DNA of 32,000 bases from Haloferax volcanii DS2 (GCF_000025685.1 NC_013966.1:180001-212000), one strand, 5' to 3'; counted from the stretch's first letter, positions 15,849 to 24,844 are shown. Notes: generated by a model not told the origin, from the letters alone. Numbers and translations: made by a program.

Positions 15849-18572
15849 TCAGCCGTCGTTGTCTTCGAACGTCAGCGCCGCGTCGCCGGCCAGGTTCATC
15901 TTCGTGATGTCGCCCGAGAACCGGAAGGCGTCGATACCGTCCGTGACCGACCCCTTCGCCTTGCCGTTGGTGAGGCTGTCGTCGCTCTCCGTCGGCCCGA
16001 CGAGCGGGTCGTTCAGGATGTCGCCGGAGACCATGAAGTCGTACGTCGTCTCCGTGCCGTCGCCCTCGACGACGAGGGTGTTCGGCAGGGAGAACACGGC
16101 GGGGTCGACCCGCGTGCCGTTGACGTAGACCTCGGCCTCGCCTTCGAGGAACGACAGCGACGTAATCGTGCCCGTGAAGGCGTACACGTCCTCGACGCCC
16201 TCGGTGGTCACCCAGCCCGTCGCGGAGCTTTCGGACACGTCGTCCCACTGTTCGATGGTGTCGCCCGAGGCTTCGAGCGTACCGCTGACGGTGACCTCGT
16301 ACTGCGTCTCGGCACCGGTGCCGACGAGGCGCAGTTCGTTCTGACTGTCGGTGGTGTCGTCGGTCGAATCCGTCGACCCGTCCGTGCCCGAGTCGGTCGA
16401 ACCGTCAGTGCCCGAGTCCGTCACGGCGTCCGTGACGGTACTCTCGGTTACCTGCTCGCCGTCGACGTGAATCTCGGCCTCGCCCTCGACGAAGCCGAAG
16501 GCGGTGACGCTTCCAGCGAAGTTGAACGTGTCCTCGACGCCCGCGGTCGTAATCCACCCGCTGGCGGAGGTACCGTCGATGGTGTCCCACGTCTCGATAG
16601 TGTCGCCCGAGGCTTCGAGCGCGTCGCTGACGGTGAACTCGTACTGGGTCGGCGTGCCCGTACCGACGAGGCGCAGTTCGTGCGAGAGGTCGGTCGAGTC
16701 GGTCGTCGAGTCGTCGGTCGAATCCGTCGACCCGTCCGTGTTCGAATCGGTGGAGTCGTCGGTCGTCGCGCCCGTGACGGTACTCTCGGACACCTGCTCG
16801 CCGTTGACGTGAATCTCGGACTCGCCTTCGAGGAACGAAAACGAGTCGATGTCGCCGGAGAACGTGTAGGCGTCCTCGACGCCGTCGGTCGTAATCCAGC
16901 CGGTCGCGGTGCCGCTTTCGATGTCGTCCCACTCCTCGATGGTGTCGCCCGACGCCTGGAGCGAGTCCGTCACCGTGAACTCGTACTGGGTCGTCGTGCC
17001 CGTGCCGACGAGTCGAATCTCGTTCGGGAGGGGCTCGGCCGTGGAGTCGTCCGTCGTGCTGTCGTCCGTCGTCGACGAGTCGCCGCCGGTGCTCCCGTCG
17101 GCGCTCGGGAGCGGACAGGAGTCGCTGCTCGTGATGTTGCTCGTGTCCACGTCGGCCCCGCTGAACACCGTCGCCTGCCCGGAGACGTTGATGTTCGAGT
17201 CCAGAATCTCGCAGTTCGTGGCGTCGTTGACGAGGACGCCGTCCACGTCGCCGTTCGGGAAGTGGATACAGCTGTTCTGGACGGTCGAGCCGTTGCGGTC
17301 GTTGTCGATGCAGACCGCCGCGCCGGCGGGCTGGGACCGCGTACTCCCCGTGATGGAGACGTTCTCGAGGGTCACGCCCCACGGCTTGTCCGCGGTGTCG
17401 GTGTCGACGGAGTCGGCGTGAATCGTCTGGACCGACGTGTCGTTCTGGATGCGGCAGTTGCGCAGGGTGAAGCCGCCGTGGCCGGCCCACGTCGGAGACG
17501 AGACGATGCCGCGCGAGGTGGGGCAGGACTTGAAGATGAAGTCGCAGTCCTCGATGAGAACGCCCGCGTACCCGTTGCCGGTGGAGTCGATGCGGAGCCC
17601 CTCGGGGCTGTCGAGGCTGTCGCCGTCGTGGGCGTGCTCGTTGAGGTTGTCCGCGTCCATGATGACGGTCGCGCCCTTGATCCACGAGGTCTTTTCGGGG
17701 TGGTCGCCCGCGGAGATGCGCATGTTGGTGTTGTCGTTGTTCTTGAACAGGCCGCCCTCGACGCGGAGGACGCCGCGGGTGTGGGTCGCGCGGAACGACG
17801 ACGACCCGCGCTGTTCGATGTGGCAGTCCACGAGGCGAATTTCGCCGACAGAGCCGCCCTGCACGCGGATGCCCGCGACGCCGTCGGGGTAGCCCGGAAG
17901 CTCGGCTCCCTCGCGCATGTAGACGCGGCGGGCGACGTTGACGCCGTCGACGGAGGAACAGTCGTACGCGAGGAGCTGACGGCGAGCGTCGTTGTCGGTG
18001 GGGGTGCGGCCGAGCCACTCGACGTCCTCGATGAGCGCGCCGTCGTCATTTATCATCCAGATGTCCGCCGTGGTGGTGGAGTCGTCGGTCTGCTGGATGG
18101 AGAAGTTCTTCAGGACGTGGTGGTCCCCGCTCGTGATTTCGAGGAACCGGTACTTCTCGCCGTTGTTGCCCGACGGGAAGACGAACTGCACGTCCTTGTG
18201 GGAGCTTCCGGTGCCGACCATCCCGAAGCGGGAGACGTCGTCGTTCCAGTACTGCGTCTCGGTGGCGAGATACTCACCCGGAGGGAATTCGATGAGCGTC
18301 CCGCTCTCGTACGCGGAATCGAGTTGGTCGTCTATCGGTTCGTTTCCGTTGGGGTCCATTCCAAGGTCGTCCACCGCGTTGACGACGCGGTCCCATTGGA
18401 TACCGAAGCGCTCCTCTGGTCCAGACGCAGCCGACGCGACGCCGGCAGAGAGGGCAGTCGATGCGGCCATCGCACCGAGTTTGAGGTAGTTCCGCCTGTT
18501 GAGTTGCGATTCGAGGATGGAGTCCGAATCCGCGGCGGATTCGTCGTCGTCTCCATCGGTTAGTCGTACCAT
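15849..18572 (-). CDS. Large secreted beta-helix protein with four C-terminal tandem domains
   Basis: The Tat motif NRRNYLKLGAMAASTALSAG follows an acidic 24-aa N-extension. Residues ~60-500 are colinear with the 477-aa paralog. Three 77-aa domains and one divergent domain follow, joined by Thr/Asp/Ser linkers. Confidence 0.9.
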   Translation of the reverse strand: MVRLTDGDDDESAADSDSILESQLNRRNYLKLGAMAASTALSAGVASAASGPEERFGIQWDRVVNAVDDLGMDPNGNEPIDDQLDSAYESGTLIEFPPGEYLATETQYWNDDVSRFGMVGTGSSHKDVQFVFPSGNNGEKYRFLEITSGDHHVLKNFSIQQTDDSTTTADIWMINDDGALIEDVEWLGRTPTDNDARRQLLAYDCSSVDGVNVARRVYMREGAELPGYPDGVAGIRVQGGSVGEIRLVDCHIEQRGSSSFRATHTRGVLRVEGGLFKNNDNTNMRISAGDHPEKTSWIKGATVIMDADNLNEHAHDGDSLDSPEGLRIDSTGNGYAGVLIEDCDFIFKSCPTSRGIVSSPTWAGHGGFTLRNCRIQNDTSVQTIHADSVDTDTADKPWGVTLENVSITGSTRSQPAGAAVCIDNDRNGSTVQNSCIHFPNGDVDGVLVNDATNCEILDSNINVSGQATVFSGADVDTSNITSSDSCPLPSADGSTGGDSSTTDDSTTDDSTAEPLPNEIRLVGTGTTTQYEFTVTDSLQASGDTIEEWDDIESGTATGWITTDGVEDAYTFSGDIDSFSFLEGESEIHVNGEQVSESTVTGATTDDSTDSNTDGSTDSTDDSTTDSTDLSHELRLVGTGTPTQYEFTVSDALEASGDTIETWDTIDGTSASGWITTAGVEDTFNFAGSVTAFGFVEGEAEIHVDGEQVTESTVTDAVTDSGTDGSTDSGTDGSTDSTDDTTDSQNELRLVGTGAETQYEVTVSGTLEASGDTIEQWDDVSESSATGWVTTEGVEDVYAFTGTITSLSFLEGEAEVYVNGTRVDPAVFSLPNTLVVEGDGTETTYDFMVSGDILNDPLVGPTESDDSLTNGKAKGSVTDGIDAFRFSGDITKMNLAGDAALTFEDNDG
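15852..17021 (-). repeat. Intragenic tandem repeat, period 342 nt (114 aa: 77-aa domain plus 37-aa T/D/S linker)
   Basis: There are three units of (E)(I/L)RLVGTG..TQYE.TV...L.ASGDTIE.WD......A.GW.TT.GVED...F.G.I..F.F.EGE.E..V.G. They start at residues 518, 632 and 746. A fourth, degenerate unit starts at residue 831. Confidence 0.85.
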
Positions 18573-19026
18573 ATCTCAGGAAAGCCCTCGTTAAGGTGAT
18601 AATCATTATTGCAGGGTATAATCTGATTGGCTACGATTACTTGCGGGATTGCTTCGGATGGAGGCCAGTTAGTTACCAGTTGTATATCAAAGACACACCT
18701 TATATTCTCCCAGATAAGCATCAACTAAATACTAATATCGCGGCGATTTGAGCCCGTGAAACAACCGCTTAATCGGGACAATACGGGGCGAATCGGTAGC
18801 CCGTGTCGAGTCCGCTTTGGCCCGTGAAACGTCTCTACTCGTCGGATAATCAATCTATGAACTGGTAATTACGCTCCCACCGAACCTTGCGAGGGCGTTC
18901 GTTTCACCGCACCCACATTTTCTGACTGTGTTCTGATAGGTTTGATTCACGTCGAAGCTTCAGCTAGCAATGAGAGTCAGTCGAATCGACCACTCGCCGG
19001 GGCGTCAAATCGGCCGAACGCCTCCC
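18573..19026. promoter_or_regulatory. AT-rich intergenic region upstream of the 907-aa beta-helix gene
   Basis: This is about 450 bp without a credible ORF, and its G+C is visibly far below that of the flanks. It contains GCCCGTGAAAC twice (18752-18762 and 18820-18830) and GCCCGTG once more (18799-18805), plus several TATA-like runs. Confidence 0.4.
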
Positions 19027-20556
19027 TCACTTCGACATCACGGAGACGAGTTCCCGGAGGTTCTGTTTGACCCGCCAGTCGAAGAGCGTCATGAGCGACG
19101 CGGCGCTGACGACGTAGGCGACGACACCGATGGCGACGAGGAGCGCGAACTCGACGAGCGGCGACCCGACGCGGTTCTGCGCCGCGAGGACCGCCATCGC
19201 CATCGCGCCGCTGGCCGCGACGGGGTACGAAAGCTCCCGGAGGAACCGCCGGTAGGTCGTGTCGAGGGTGCGTTTCATCTCGCGCGCGTAGAGGGGGACC
19301 ATCGGGAACGCGAGGATGCCCGTGACCGCGAGGGCGGTCCCCTCGATGCCGTAGGCGCTCGTCGCGGGAACGATGGCGACGGCGAGCAGGGCGACCCTGA
19401 GGAAGCCGAGTTTGGTCTGTACGTCGGGGCGGCCGACGGCGCGCCAGACGGGGTTGAACGTCGCGAAGAGCGTCCGAAAGAGCCCGTAGGCGACGAGAAT
19501 CTGCATGGCGAGCACCATCGGCAGCCAGTCCGCACCGAGGAACGCGCCGACGAAGGCGGGCGCGACGAGGTAGATGCCGACCGACATCGGCAGGGCGACG
19601 AACGCCGTGAGTCGGAAGGTGCTGAAGAACGCCTCGCGGAGGGCGCGCTGGTCCTCTTGGAGCTTCGAGTACGTCGAGAACATCACGCTGGAGACGACGA
19701 CGGCGATTTCGGTCGCTGGCGCGTTGGAGATGCGGTAGGCGAGCTGGTAGTAACCGAGCGAGGTCGCGGTCAGGAGCCAGCCGACGACCGCGTCGTCGCC
19801 CTGCCCGTAGAGGAACTCGACGATGGACGACCCCGTGACCCACTTCCCGTAGCCGATGAGCTCGGCGGCGTACGCGCGGTTCAGCGCGGGACGCGGGCGG
19901 TAGGGGTGCAGGAAGTAGGTCGCGACCGACCGGACGCCCGCGTCCGCGAGGTAGCCGAAGATGAGCGCCCAGACCGTCGGGCTGACCGCGGCGTAGCCGA
20001 GCGCGACCACGACGTAGGCGGTCGTGCCGCTGACCCGGTAGGCGAACTCCTTGTGAAACGCGAGGTCCTTCTTGAAGTAGACCATCGCGGGGTTCCGCAG
20101 CGCGAGGAAAATCGGGACCAGCGCGATGGCGCGGATGAGGTCCCGCGCCGCGGGTTCGCCGAACAGCGAGGCGAGCGACGGCGCGGCGAGGTAGAGAATC
20201 GAACTCATCAGCAGGCCGCGGAGGAGTTCGAGCGTGAACGTCGTGTTCAGGTAGTCGTCCACGTCGTCATCGACACGCTGGATGAGCGCGGCGTCGATGC
20301 CGAGGTTCGTCAGGCTCAGAAGCGCCGAGATGGTGAGCAGCGCGATGCCCATCAGCCCGATGGCCTCGGGGCCGAGCAGTCGCGCGAGGACGATGAACAT
20401 CACGACCTTCAGCACCCGGTCGAGGACGTTCATCGCCGACACCCACATCCCGCTTTTCACCGTCCGCTCTGCGAGGTCGCCGTCGTCGTCGCCGGGGACG
20501 AACCGGCGGCGAATCGTCCGGACGACCGAGCGTATCCTATCTCTCATCGAAGGCAC
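19027..20556 (-). CDS. Oligosaccharide/polysaccharide flippase, MOP superfamily (Wzx/AglR-like)
   Basis: The 509-aa protein has about 12-14 TM helices. The pattern is typical of Wzx proteins: an N-terminal SGMWVSAMNVLDRVLKVVMFIVLARLLGPEAIGL, then LGYYQLAYRISN in the middle. Confidence 0.85.
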   Translation of the reverse strand: MPSMRDRIRSVVRTIRRRFVPGDDDGDLAERTVKSGMWVSAMNVLDRVLKVVMFIVLARLLGPEAIGLMGIALLTISALLSLTNLGIDAALIQRVDDDVDDYLNTTFTLELLRGLLMSSILYLAAPSLASLFGEPAARDLIRAIALVPIFLALRNPAMVYFKKDLAFHKEFAYRVSGTTAYVVVALGYAAVSPTVWALIFGYLADAGVRSVATYFLHPYRPRPALNRAYAAELIGYGKWVTGSSIVEFLYGQGDDAVVGWLLTATSLGYYQLAYRISNAPATEIAVVVSSVMFSTYSKLQEDQRALREAFFSTFRLTAFVALPMSVGIYLVAPAFVGAFLGADWLPMVLAMQILVAYGLFRTLFATFNPVWRAVGRPDVQTKLGFLRVALLAVAIVPATSAYGIEGTALAVTGILAFPMVPLYAREMKRTLDTTYRRFLRELSYPVAASGAMAMAVLAAQNRVGSPLVEFALLVAIGVVAYVVSAASLMTLFDWRVKQNLRELVSVMSK

Positions 20557-20764
20557 CTCTCGGGCCGCCGCTTCGACGACGACCCGGCGTATTCACGAAC
20601 GGTAACACTCGGCTACACATCGGCTCACGAGGCGATTAATTATTGACTCGCTACTGGACTCCGCGGGGGCCGGGGCTCCCGCGGCCGCGGGAATTAGGCG
20701 CTGTTTGACGAGGCGGAGCGACCTGCCGAGCGCCGTGGTGTCCGAACCCGTGCGGCGGGTCAGC

Positions 20765-20790
20765 GACCGTCGGCCTGCAGGCCGACGGTC
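20765..20790. repeat. Perfect 26-nt palindrome GACCGTCGGCCTGCAGGCCGACGGTC
   Basis: It was read directly and equals its own reverse complement. It lies 77 nt downstream of the 600-aa membrane gene's stop and about 210 nt upstream of the flippase start. Confidence 0.9.
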
Positions 20791-20866
20791 GGAAAGGAAC
20801 AGCGGCGGCACCGGCGGTAGCGGTTCTAATGTCGGCGTGAAAATCGAACCCCGTGCCCCGACGCCC

Positions 20867-22669
20867 CTACCCGGACACGTAGTAGAGGTCGGCCGCGCCG
20901 TTCGACATGACGCGGTTCACGTTCGGTTGGTCCCGGACCGCCGTGAGGTTCGCCTCGGAGTAGCGGAGCTCGCGGTAGGCGATTACCTCGCGGTCGTGGT
21001 CGGTCTTCGAGACCATCAGATACCGCGGGCCGTCGTAGTAACTCGGCAGGTCGATGAGCGCCTCGTCCGGCGTCGTGAAGCCGAGCGCCGGCGTGGGGCT
21101 GTCGGGGAGCGCATCGACGAAGCGGTCGGGGTTCCCGCGGATGCCCACGTACCGAACGTCCTCGTCCGACATCCCGAAGGCGGTGTCGTACGCCCCCATC
21201 TGCTGGGCGGGGACGTGGTTCGACGGCAGGTAGATGTACGGCGACGGGAACATCACCATGAGCGTGAGCCCGATGACGAGCGCCGACGCGACGGGCGCGC
21301 CCGTCCTGACCGCCGCCCCGTACTTCGACCAGTACTCCGTCCCCGAGAGCCACTCGAAGGCGTAGAACAGCCCGACGCTCCCGACGACGGTCGCGAGAAT
21401 CATCGCGAAGCCGACGTGTCGGAAGAAGAAGTTCGTCTCCGAGATGACGCCGAGGAGGTGCGCGAAGAAGTACGGCACCAACACGACGAGGCTGAACGTC
21501 AGCGTCCGCAGGACCGACCGGCCCTGAGCCGACAGCCGCGAGAACCGCCCGAACAGGACGCCGAGGAAGACACCGAGAGTCATCAGGGCGTACACCGCGT
21601 TCACGAGGAACAGCTTCACGAACACGTCGAAGATACCGCCGCCGACGGCGGTGACGGAGCCGGTGCGCTGGGAGATGGCCGTCCCGGCCTCGGAACTTCC
21701 CGAGAGGATGCCGAGCACCCCTTCGACGAACAGGCCGCCGGTCGAAAAGCCGACCGTGTACTGCGTCAGCCAGTAGACGAACGCCGCGGCGAAGACGAGC
21801 GTCAGGCCGTACACCGGACGCTGTTCAGCGACGGCGTCCGGGGTCCGCCAGCGCTGGACGAGCTGGATGCCCGCGGCGACGGCGAACAACACGAGATAGT
21901 TGACGGCGACTTGCAGATGGTACGACACCAGCGCGACCGTCCCGACCGCGAACAGGACGGAGACGGGCGTGACGTGGCCGCGCCACCGGCTCTCGACGGC
22001 GTCGGTCCCGGAGAACTGGTGTTTGAAGAAGAGGTACAGAAGCACCAAGCCGAGGAACGACGCCATCGAGTACGGGAAGAACACGAGCTTGAAGCCGTTG
22101 AGGTTCACCGGCAGGAACAACAGCGCCGAGAACACGGCGACGAGGACCGCCCGGCGGTCGGGGACGACGAGCGAGACCAGAAGCGGGACGAACACGAGGT
22201 AGACGGCCGAGACGAAAAACACCACCAGCATCATCGCGGTAGTGAGTTCGACGCCGAGGGCGGCGCTGACCATCCCCGCCGAGACGTGGCCGCTCGGGTA
22301 GACGATATCCAGCGGCGTCAGCGTCTCGGAGACGAGCGACTTCGCCCAGCCGAGGTGCGTCAGCGAGTCGTTGAACCCGTAGAAGTGGTACGCTCGGACG
22401 AGCGGGAGGGCGGAGACCGCGGCTATCGCGAGCGCCGCCAGCGCCACCCCACCGGCAGCGAACCGACTGTTCGGGGCGCGAACGACGACGACCAGCGCGG
22501 TCAACACCGCCACCGCCACGCCGACCCAGAACGCCGCCGGCGTCGACTGGTAGATTGAAACTTCGTACGCGCGCGCCGGCGACGCGCGAGCGACGAGGAT
22601 ACCGACGGCTATCGCGAGAAATCCGACGAGGAGGAGCGTTCTCGTGAGCCGCGAATCACGTTGCGTCAT
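20867..22669 (-). CDS. Polytopic membrane protein (~14 TM) with a C-terminal extracytoplasmic domain; candidate glycan polymerase or GT-C-like enzyme
   Basis: The 600-aa ORF is strongly hydrophobic for about 480 aa and ends in a ~110-aa soluble tail. It sits between the flippase and the AsnB-like gene. I recognise no diagnostic motif, so the function is inferred from context only. Confidence 0.75.
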   Translation of the reverse strand: MTQRDSRLTRTLLLVGFLAIAVGILVARASPARAYEVSIYQSTPAAFWVGVAVAVLTALVVVVRAPNSRFAAGGVALAALAIAAVSALPLVRAYHFYGFNDSLTHLGWAKSLVSETLTPLDIVYPSGHVSAGMVSAALGVELTTAMMLVVFFVSAVYLVFVPLLVSLVVPDRRAVLVAVFSALLFLPVNLNGFKLVFFPYSMASFLGLVLLYLFFKHQFSGTDAVESRWRGHVTPVSVLFAVGTVALVSYHLQVAVNYLVLFAVAAGIQLVQRWRTPDAVAEQRPVYGLTLVFAAAFVYWLTQYTVGFSTGGLFVEGVLGILSGSSEAGTAISQRTGSVTAVGGGIFDVFVKLFLVNAVYALMTLGVFLGVLFGRFSRLSAQGRSVLRTLTFSLVVLVPYFFAHLLGVISETNFFFRHVGFAMILATVVGSVGLFYAFEWLSGTEYWSKYGAAVRTGAPVASALVIGLTLMVMFPSPYIYLPSNHVPAQQMGAYDTAFGMSDEDVRYVGIRGNPDRFVDALPDSPTPALGFTTPDEALIDLPSYYDGPRYLMVSKTDHDREVIAYRELRYSEANLTAVRDQPNVNRVMSNGAADLYYVSG

Positions 22670-22974
22670 CCCGTGAGAGAACGCGAGTCGCGTAGTTTGT
22701 TATTGAGCGTGTAATCGACTCAAGCGGCGTTATAGGCGTTCTTCCCGGTGTTTTTCTTCGGGCGTCGCGCGTCGAACGAGCGAACGCCGAGGGTCCGGCC
22801 GGCACAGAGGCCCGATGAAGCCGGGCTACCGTTCGGTTCGCCGGCGTTCGACACCGCCACGCGGCCGTATAGGTGCGTGATAACAAAACCCGACGCACGC
22901 GGATATCGGGCAACGATGTCACTCACAGCAGTCACGCCGCAGACCGCCGAGCGAACCGAACGCGAGGGCCGTCG

Positions 22975-24816
22975 ATGACTGGCTTCGTCGGCGGCGCGCT
23001 CGACGCGGCGACGCTCGACGCCTGCGCGGCCGAACTCCACCACGAAGACTGGTACGAGTCGGCGGCGCGGTCGACCGGCCGCTTCGGCGTCTCGGTGCTC
23101 CACCACGGCGCGAGAGACCCCGAGGGCTGTACCGTCTGGGAAGACGGCCCGCGCGTGGGAGCGATATACGGCGCGGTGACGAACCTCGACGAACTCGAAC
23201 TCGACGTAGACGGGCTGTTCGCCCGACTGTTCGAGGACCCACACGCCCTGCTGCCCGAACTCGACGGCTCGTTCCTCGTCGTCGCCGTCGACGGCGACGC
23301 GGAGCGCGTCGTGCTCGCCAGCGACAAACTCGGGACGCGACAGTGTTTCTACGTCGCGGGCGAGCCGTTCGCCTTCGGGACCGAAGTCGGCGCGCTGACG
23401 ACCCTCCTCGACGACCCGCAGGTCGACGAACGCGCCATCAGCGACCTCCTCATGATTGGGCACGTCTGGGGCGACAAGACGCTCGTGCAGGGCGTGAAGT
23501 TCCTCCCCTCGGGGACCGTCCTCGACTACCGGGCCGACGCGGGGCCCGAGCTCGACTCCTACTGGCACCACACGTTCGAACAGAGCCCCGACGACTCCTA
23601 CCTCGACGACCTCACCGAGGCCTACCGCGAGGTCATCGCCGACATGGCCGACACGATAGACGGCGATATCGGCCTGTGGCTCTCCGGCGGCCTCGACAGT
23701 CGCTCGATGGCCGGGGAGCTCAGCCGCTACCACGACCTCACGACCTACACCTACGACTCGAACCCCGCGAACGGGAGCAATCTCGAACTCGCCGCGAAGG
23801 TTTCTGCGGTGCTCGGCCTCGAAAACCGGCGCGTGCCGGTCGAGTCCGACGCCCTCGTCGACTCGCTCGACAAATCGGTCCAACTGACCAGCGGGATGGT
23901 CGGTCTCTCCACGTTCGTCAACCTCGCGAACGTGTTCAACATCGAGGACATGCCCGACGTGCTCATCGAGGGCTGCGGACAGGGCGGGATGATGGGTGAC
24001 GGCATCGGCCGGGCCGCCGTCGAGGGGAGCAAGTCACCCGAGGCGGCGCTCTACCGCGCGAAACACCGCATCGACGTGGACGACGCCCGCCGGCTCCTAC
24101 GGACGGAGTTCGACCCGATGACGACCTACCGCGAGGAGGTTCGCAAGAGCGACCAGCCGGACCTCTTCAGCACCGCGATGGACTGCTACTACCGCAACTA
24201 CTTCCCGCGGTGCGACTTCGCCAGCAACCCCATCGCCGAGAGCCAGGCCGGCACCCGGGTCCCGTTCAGCGACACCGGGTTTCTCCGGGCCGTGACGCGG
24301 ATGCCGCTGTCGCACCGCGTCGGCTCGATTCCACTCACCAACGGGAAGATTCCCGCCGGAACGGCCTACCCGAAGGTCGAACTGGTCCGCCGCCTCGACA
24401 GCCGACTCGCGGCCATCCCCTACGAACGGACGAAAGTGCCGCCGGCGCGCCCGATGTGGCAACACGCCGCCGGCTTCGTCGTCGGCACCTCCGTCGACCG
24501 CATCCGCGAGCGCCTCGTCGGCGACGTCCACACCTACGGCGGCCGCTCCACTATCGGCGACTGGTACCGGACGAACCGCGCGCTCCGCGAGCGCATCGAC
24601 GACCTGCTCGACTCCGCGTGCGAACGCCCGTACTTCGACGCCGACGAGATTCGCCGCCTCCAGCGCGAGGAGCGCACGGGCGAAGCCGAACACATGAGCG
24701 CCATCTCCGGCATCATCACCGGCGAGCTCTGGGTCCGCAAATACATCGACCGCGAAGGCGAACGCGGAACCGCGAGTGTGGCGGAAGCCGAAGACGCACC
24801 ACAACCGGCCGACTGA
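22975..24816 (+). CDS. Asparagine synthase (AsnB) family amidotransferase-like protein lacking the N-terminal Cys nucleophile
   Basis: The N-terminus is MTGFVGG where the family has MCG(I/F)xG. The PP-loop LWLSGGLDSR is intact. The start at ATG 22975 is residue 35 of the track ORF. Confidence 0.85.
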   Translation: MTGFVGGALDAATLDACAAELHHEDWYESAARSTGRFGVSVLHHGARDPEGCTVWEDGPRVGAIYGAVTNLDELELDVDGLFARLFEDPHALLPELDGSFLVVAVDGDAERVVLASDKLGTRQCFYVAGEPFAFGTEVGALTTLLDDPQVDERAISDLLMIGHVWGDKTLVQGVKFLPSGTVLDYRADAGPELDSYWHHTFEQSPDDSYLDDLTEAYREVIADMADTIDGDIGLWLSGGLDSRSMAGELSRYHDLTTYTYDSNPANGSNLELAAKVSAVLGLENRRVPVESDALVDSLDKSVQLTSGMVGLSTFVNLANVFNIEDMPDVLIEGCGQGGMMGDGIGRAAVEGSKSPEAALYRAKHRIDVDDARRLLRTEFDPMTTYREEVRKSDQPDLFSTAMDCYYRNYFPRCDFASNPIAESQAGTRVPFSDTGFLRAVTRMPLSHRVGSIPLTNGKIPAGTAYPKVELVRRLDSRLAAIPYERTKVPPARPMWQHAAGFVVGTSVDRIRERLVGDVHTYGGRSTIGDWYRTNRALRERIDDLLDSACERPYFDADEIRRLQREERTGEAEHMSAISGIITGELWVRKYIDREGERGTASVAEAEDAPQPAD

Positions 24817-24834
24817 GGCCGGTGGGACTCTCGG

Positions 24835-24844
24835 TTGATTTTTC
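24835..24844 (+). terminator. Oligo-T tract (TTGATTTTTC) shortly after the AsnB-like stop
   Basis: A T5 run at 24839-24843 lies 23 nt after the TGA at 24814-24816. Archaeal terminators are typically oligo-T. Confidence 0.3.

Noticed and set aside
15828-18563. A 911-aa plus-strand ORF, and similar long ORFs at 18970-20646, 20705-22558, 11776-13248, 13178-14191, 22720-23883, 7104-8099, 416-1063, 14637-15482 and 16405-18018
   Set aside because: These are antisense or off-frame shadows of well-supported genes in very high-GC DNA. Their products are Arg/Gly/Val/Asp-rich, basic, low-complexity and lack motifs, whereas the opposite-strand products have clear domains and acidic haloarchaeal composition.
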